DNA of 64,000 nucleotides from Halarcobacter sp. (GTDB lineage Bacteria; Campylobacterota; Campylobacteria; Campylobacterales; Arcobacteraceae): NCBI GenBank assembly GCA_963676565.1, contig OY781089.1, positions 2,656,001 to 2,720,000 of the forward strand, read 5' to 3'. Shown piece by piece: positions 60,049 to 64,000 of this stretch (position 1 is its first letter; each line of letters starts with the position of its first letter). The notes under the pieces were generated by a model. It saw only the letters and a program-made list of their open reading frames with translations, ran no database searches and was not told where the DNA came from. The position numbers and the translations under genes were made by a program.

Positions 60049-62319
60049 ATGAGTGAACATAAAGATTTCTTACGTGTTATAGTTGAAGAAGATTTAAAAG
60101 AAAATAAATATCAAGAAGTTATAACAAGATTTCCCCCTGAACCTAATGGTTTTCCACATATTGGACACGCTAAATCTATTTGTATCAACTTTGGTATTGC
60201 AAGGGACTATAATGGTTTTTGTAATCTTAGAATGGATGATACAAACCCAACAACAGAAGATACTAAATATGTTGAAGCATTAAAAGATGCAGTTGAATGG
60301 CTTGGCTTTGAATATAAAGATGAAGTTAAATATACATCAGATTATTTCCCAAAAATTTATGAATATGCAGTTGAATTAATTAAAATGGGAAAAGCATATG
60401 TTGATAGTATTACTGAAGAGGAAATGAAAGAATTTAGAGGTACAGTTACACAAGCAGGAAGAAGAAGTGAATTTGCTTCAAGAACTATAGAAGAGAACCT
60501 TGATTTATTTGAAAGAATGAAAAATGGTGAATTTAAAGATGGGGAACATGTATTAAGGGCAAAAATTGATATGTCAGCTCCTAATATGAAAATGAGAGAT
60601 CCACTTTTATATAGAATTAGACATGCCCATCACTTTAGAACACAAGATGAATGGTGTATATATCCTATGTATGACTTTGCGCACTGTTTAAGTGATTATA
60701 TAGAAGGAGTAACACACTCTATTTGTACTTTAGAATTTGAAAACAATAGAGATATTTATGATTGGGTTTTAGATGAATTAAACCTTACTCCACCAAGGCC
60801 CTATCAACATGAATTTGCAAGATTAGGAATTAACTATACAGTAATGAGTAAAAGAAAACTTCTTGAACTTGTAAATGGAAACTATGTTAGTGGTTGGGAT
60901 GATCCAAGGATGCCTACAATTGCAGGATTAAAAAGAAGAGGATATACTAAAGACTCTATAATCAATTTCTGCGATCAAATAGGTATTGCAAAAGCAAATT
61001 CACAGGTTGATGTTTCACAATTAGAGTTTTGTATTAGAGATGATTTAAATACTAAAGCACCTAGAGTTATGTGTGTATTAGACCCTATAAAAGTTACTAT
61101 AACTAATTATGAGGGAAGTGAAGATATTGAAGCTTCATATTATCCCCATGATGTACCAAAAGAGGGTTCAAGAAAAATTCCTTTTTCAAAAACTGTTTAT
61201 ATAGAAAGAGAAGATTTTTCTGAAAATCCAGTAAAGGGTTATAATAGATTAACTCCAAATCAAGCAGTTAGATTAAGACATGCATATATTATTACATGTG
61301 AAGAGATTATCAAAGATGAAGATGGAAATATTATTGAAATAAAAGCTCTTTACAATCCAAATTCTAAAAGTGGAAATGATACAAGTGGTATTAAAGTTAA
61401 AAGTGCTATTCAATGGGTAGATGCAAATACTTGTAAAAAAATTGAAGTAAGACTTTATGATAGATTATATAAAAATGAAGCTCCAGAGGATTTAGATGAT
61501 TTAAATCCAAACTCTTTATCTATAATTAAAGATGCGTTAATTGAACCAGCTGTTATTACAGACAAAGTTGATGAAAGATTTCAATTTGAAAGACAAGGTT
61601 ATTTTTATGCTGATCCAATAGATTATACTGATGAAGCACCAGTATTTAACAAAATTGTTGGATTAAAAGATTCTTGGGCTAAAAAAACAAAAACGCAAGA
61701 AAAACCAGAAGAAGAAATTGAAAAGAAACAAGAAGTAGTAAAAAAAGAGATTGTCCATGGTGAGGCTCAAGCAATGACGGGCGAACAACAATCTTTATTT
61801 ACTATGTATACAAGTGAACTTGAACTAAATAATGAGGTGTCAAATATTTTAGCAAGGGATGAAAATTTATCATTTTTCTTTGAAGAGGGATTACTTTTAA
61901 TTAATAGTCCAACAACTTTGGCAAATATTGTTGCGAATGATATTGCAAAAGAGTTAAAAGATAAAGATGTAGATGAATTAAAATTTACAGCAACAGAAAT
62001 AGCTGAACTTGTAAAGATGATAGATGAAGAAACTATTTCAACAAAAATTGCAAAACAAGTTTTTGAAGAGATGGTAAAAACAGGTGAAACCCCATCAAAA
62101 ATAGTAAAAGAAAAAGGTCTTGTGCAAATTAGTAATCCAGAGGTTTTACTTCCAATTATTGATGAAGTGATTGAAAACAACCCAGAAAATGTTGAAAAAT
62201 ATAAAAATGGGAACCAAAAACTTTTTGGATTTTTTGTTGGTCAAGTTATTAAAGCAACTCAAGGAAAAGCAAATCCAAAAATTGTAAATGAACTTGTTAC
62301 AAAACAATTAAACTCTTAA
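60049..62319 (+). CDS. glnS: glutaminyl-tRNA synthetase with C-terminal YqeY/GatB-like domain
   Basis: RFPPEPNG..HIGH, MSKR, GWDDPRM, QFERQGYF; C-terminal GFFVGQV.K...GKANP. Confidence 0.96.
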   Translation: MSEHKDFLRVIVEEDLKENKYQEVITRFPPEPNGFPHIGHAKSICINFGIARDYNGFCNLRMDDTNPTTEDTKYVEALKDAVEWLGFEYKDEVKYTSDYFPKIYEYAVELIKMGKAYVDSITEEEMKEFRGTVTQAGRRSEFASRTIEENLDLFERMKNGEFKDGEHVLRAKIDMSAPNMKMRDPLLYRIRHAHHFRTQDEWCIYPMYDFAHCLSDYIEGVTHSICTLEFENNRDIYDWVLDELNLTPPRPYQHEFARLGINYTVMSKRKLLELVNGNYVSGWDDPRMPTIAGLKRRGYTKDSIINFCDQIGIAKANSQVDVSQLEFCIRDDLNTKAPRVMCVLDPIKVTITNYEGSEDIEASYYPHDVPKEGSRKIPFSKTVYIEREDFSENPVKGYNRLTPNQAVRLRHAYIITCEEIIKDEDGNIIEIKALYNPNSKSGNDTSGIKVKSAIQWVDANTCKKIEVRLYDRLYKNEAPEDLDDLNPNSLSIIKDALIEPAVITDKVDERFQFERQGYFYADPIDYTDEAPVFNKIVGLKDSWAKKTKTQEKPEEEIEKKQEVVKKEIVHGEAQAMTGEQQSLFTMYTSELELNNEVSNILARDENLSFFFEEGLLLINSPTTLANIVANDIAKELKDKDVDELKFTATEIAELVKMIDEETISTKIAKQVFEEMVKTGETPSKIVKEKGLVQISNPEVLLPIIDEVIENNPENVEKYKNGNQKLFGFFVGQVIKATQGKANPKIVNELVTKQLNS

Positions 62320-62324
62320 AAATA

Positions 62325-62349
62325 AAGAAAAGCTTTTTTAGCTTTTCTT
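62325..62349 (+). terminator. terminator after glnS
   Basis: aagaaaagct-ttttt-agcttttctt. Confidence 0.65.
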
Positions 62350-62406
62350 AGCACTTCACAATAAATTTACTAATTTCGCTTATAATAAATAAAAATAGGA
62401 TTAATC

Positions 62407-63126
62407 ATGAATAATGTTGGATTAAAAGAAAAAAGTATAATTTTTTCAATCTTTATTTTTGTAATTTATCTTTCATATACACAAATAAATAAAGAGAAGA
62501 AAAAAGAAAAAATTATTAAAGAAGAAGCAAAAAAAGTTCAGATAAAAACCTCACATAAAAAAGAACAATTTAAAAAGATTTTTGTACCTGCAATTACAAA
62601 AGTTTATACAAAAAGATATAAATATTTTCAAGAAATAAAAGCTTTAACTAAAACAAATCCTTTTGATGAAAAGCTTACAAAACTAAAAGAAAAATATGAT
62701 TTAGATACAAATGAAGAACTTTTAATTGTTTTAAAACCTCATCCAATAAGTATAGCACTATCGCAAGCTGCAATTGAAAGTGCTTGGGGTACATCAAGAT
62801 TTTTTAAAGAAGCAAATAATATTTTTGGAGTTTGGTCTTTTAACAAAAATGAACCAAGGATTGCTGCAAATATAAAAAGGGAAGAACAAACAATATATTT
62901 AAAAAAATTCAATACAATTGAAGATGCAATAAATCAATACTATAATATGCTTTCTACAAAAAAAATATACTTTGATTTTAAAAAAGAAAACTATTACAAT
63001 AACGATGTTTTAGCCATTGCTAAAAAACTTGACAAATACTCAGAACAAGGTGAAATCTATACTGAAAAAATAATAGCAGTTTTAAACTATAACAAATTTC
63101 AAAATTATGATAAAATATTAGAATAA
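62407..63126 (+). CDS. GH73 glucosaminidase (Bax-like), membrane anchored
   Basis: QAAIESAWGTSRF..EANNIFG, YSE.G..Y motifs. Confidence 0.88.
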   Translation: MNNVGLKEKSIIFSIFIFVIYLSYTQINKEKKKEKIIKEEAKKVQIKTSHKKEQFKKIFVPAITKVYTKRYKYFQEIKALTKTNPFDEKLTKLKEKYDLDTNEELLIVLKPHPISIALSQAAIESAWGTSRFFKEANNIFGVWSFNKNEPRIAANIKREEQTIYLKKFNTIEDAINQYYNMLSTKKIYFDFKKENYYNNDVLAIAKKLDKYSEQGEIYTEKIIAVLNYNKFQNYDKILE

Positions 63127-63152
63127 ATTTGTTAAATTATTAAGGACTTTAA

Positions 63153-63596
63153 TTGGAAAAAATTATTGTAGGTAGAAAAGAAAAAATCTCTATACTTAAC
63201 TTAGAACTTTTTGAATTAGATGCAAAAGTTGATACTGGTGCCGATTCTAATGCATTACATTGTGATAATATAAAAATTGATGAAGAAAATAACCTTGTGA
63301 CATTTTGTTTACTTGATGAAGTTCATCCTTCTTACCATGGAAAAACAATCACTTATCCTATTTATAAAATGAAGAAAGTGAAAAGTTCAAATGGACAATT
63401 ACAAATAAGACCATCAATAAAAGTTGAAGTTGAGTTTTTTAACAAAACTTATAAAAGTGTGATTTCATTAACCAATAGACAAGATATGAAGTTTCCAATG
63501 CTTATTGGAAGAAAATTTTTAGATGGTAAGTGTTTAGTTGATGTGTCAGAAGAATATTTAAGTGAAAAAAATAAAAAAAAGGATAAATCTTGTTAG
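63153..63596 (+). CDS. RimK-associated retropepsin-like protease (RimB-like)
   Basis: GR.E, AKVDTGA..ALH, KSSNG...RP, L.NR..M.FP.LIGR motifs. Confidence 0.88.
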   Translation: MEKIIVGRKEKISILNLELFELDAKVDTGADSNALHCDNIKIDEENNLVTFCLLDEVHPSYHGKTITYPIYKMKKVKSSNGQLQIRPSIKVEVEFFNKTYKSVISLTNRQDMKFPMLIGRKFLDGKCLVDVSEEYLSEKNKKKDKSC

Positions 63597-64000
63597 TTTA
63601 TGTATTATCAAGGAATGAAAATCTATATTCAACGAAAAGATTAGTTGAAGCAGGAAAGCAAAGAGGTTGGAGAATTGAAGTTATAGATTTTTTAAAATGC
63701 TCTATTGAGATTATGAAAGGTGAATTATATATTAACTATAAAGGTAAATCTTTACCAAAACCTGATGCAATTATTCCAAGAATTGGAGCAAGTAGAACTT
63801 TTTATGGAACTGCTATAGTAAGACACTTTGAAGTTATGGATGTATTTTCAACTTCAGGAAGTTTAGCAATAAATAGAAGTAGAGATAAACTAAGAAGTTT
63901 ACAAGTTCTTTCAAAAAGAGGTGTAGATATGCCTAAAACAGTTTTTGCTTCTAATAAATCAAGTGCAAAAGATGTTATTGCCTTAAGTGGTGGGGCACCA
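63590..64000 (+). CDS. rimK: RimK alpha-L-glutamate ligase, 5' part (truncated by window end)
   Basis: TTG start after AAGGA; MLVYVLSRNENLYSTKRLVEA...IPRIGAS.TFYG...SRDKLRSLQ.L; absent from the ORF track because no stop lies in the window. Confidence 0.93.
   Translation, partial: MLVYVLSRNENLYSTKRLVEAGKQRGWRIEVIDFLKCSIEIMKGELYINYKGKSLPKPDAIIPRIGASRTFYGTAIVRHFEVMDVFSTSGSLAINRSRDKLRSLQVLSKRGVDMPKTVFASNKSSAKDVIALSGGAP

Noticed and set aside
5735..62180. Many 60-137 aa ORFs antisense to or out of frame within real genes (e.g. 5735-6019, 20449-20784, 22855-23208, 61767-62180)
   Set aside because: They lie inside well-supported CDS, have no motifs, and show shadow-ORF composition
1..64000. CRISPR arrays, tRNA/rRNA genes, IS elements, prophage, recoded or frameshifted genes
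   Set aside because: By eye I saw no spaced direct repeats, GC-rich structural RNA blocks, transposase/integrase motifs or split genes; a computational scan was not possible

Overview
A very AT-rich, gene-dense chromosomal segment of a Campylobacterota bacterium. It is most likely Arcobacteraceae, inferred from the murJ-msbA-pyrD-M16-dapA-SDR-pgsA-rseP order, oorDABC, rrc, pldA, Cache MCP/kinases and AGA-dominated Arg codons. It holds about 65 CDS, mostly housekeeping: radA, ybeY, perR/rrc, murJ, msbA, pyrD, dapA, pgsA, rseP, trpC, trpF, rpe, oorDABC, uraA/upp, purine salvage, aat, fccAB, a GlnRS-YqeY fusion and a partial rimK. I found no rRNA, tRNA, CRISPR array, transposase or integrase. 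Best leads: (1) a radical-SAM/HhH + DUF4130 + SAM-methyltransferase cassette that appears leaderless and is bracketed by two near-identical TTGCA-N3-TGCAATA palindromes; (2) a 300-bp intergenic region with two CIRCE-like operators around a structured, probably non-coding element; (3) a dual-specificity phosphatase resembling Caulobacter CtpA placed directly after msbA, a candidate lipid A phosphatase; (4) a voltage-gated channel with the non-NavAb filter TFEDWTD; (5) a tandemly duplicated 21-residue LRR protein; (6) a Cys-insert receiver-like protein; (7) a foreign-looking DUF5677/HEPN-like gene. All family assignments come from motif recognition by eye; no searches were run.
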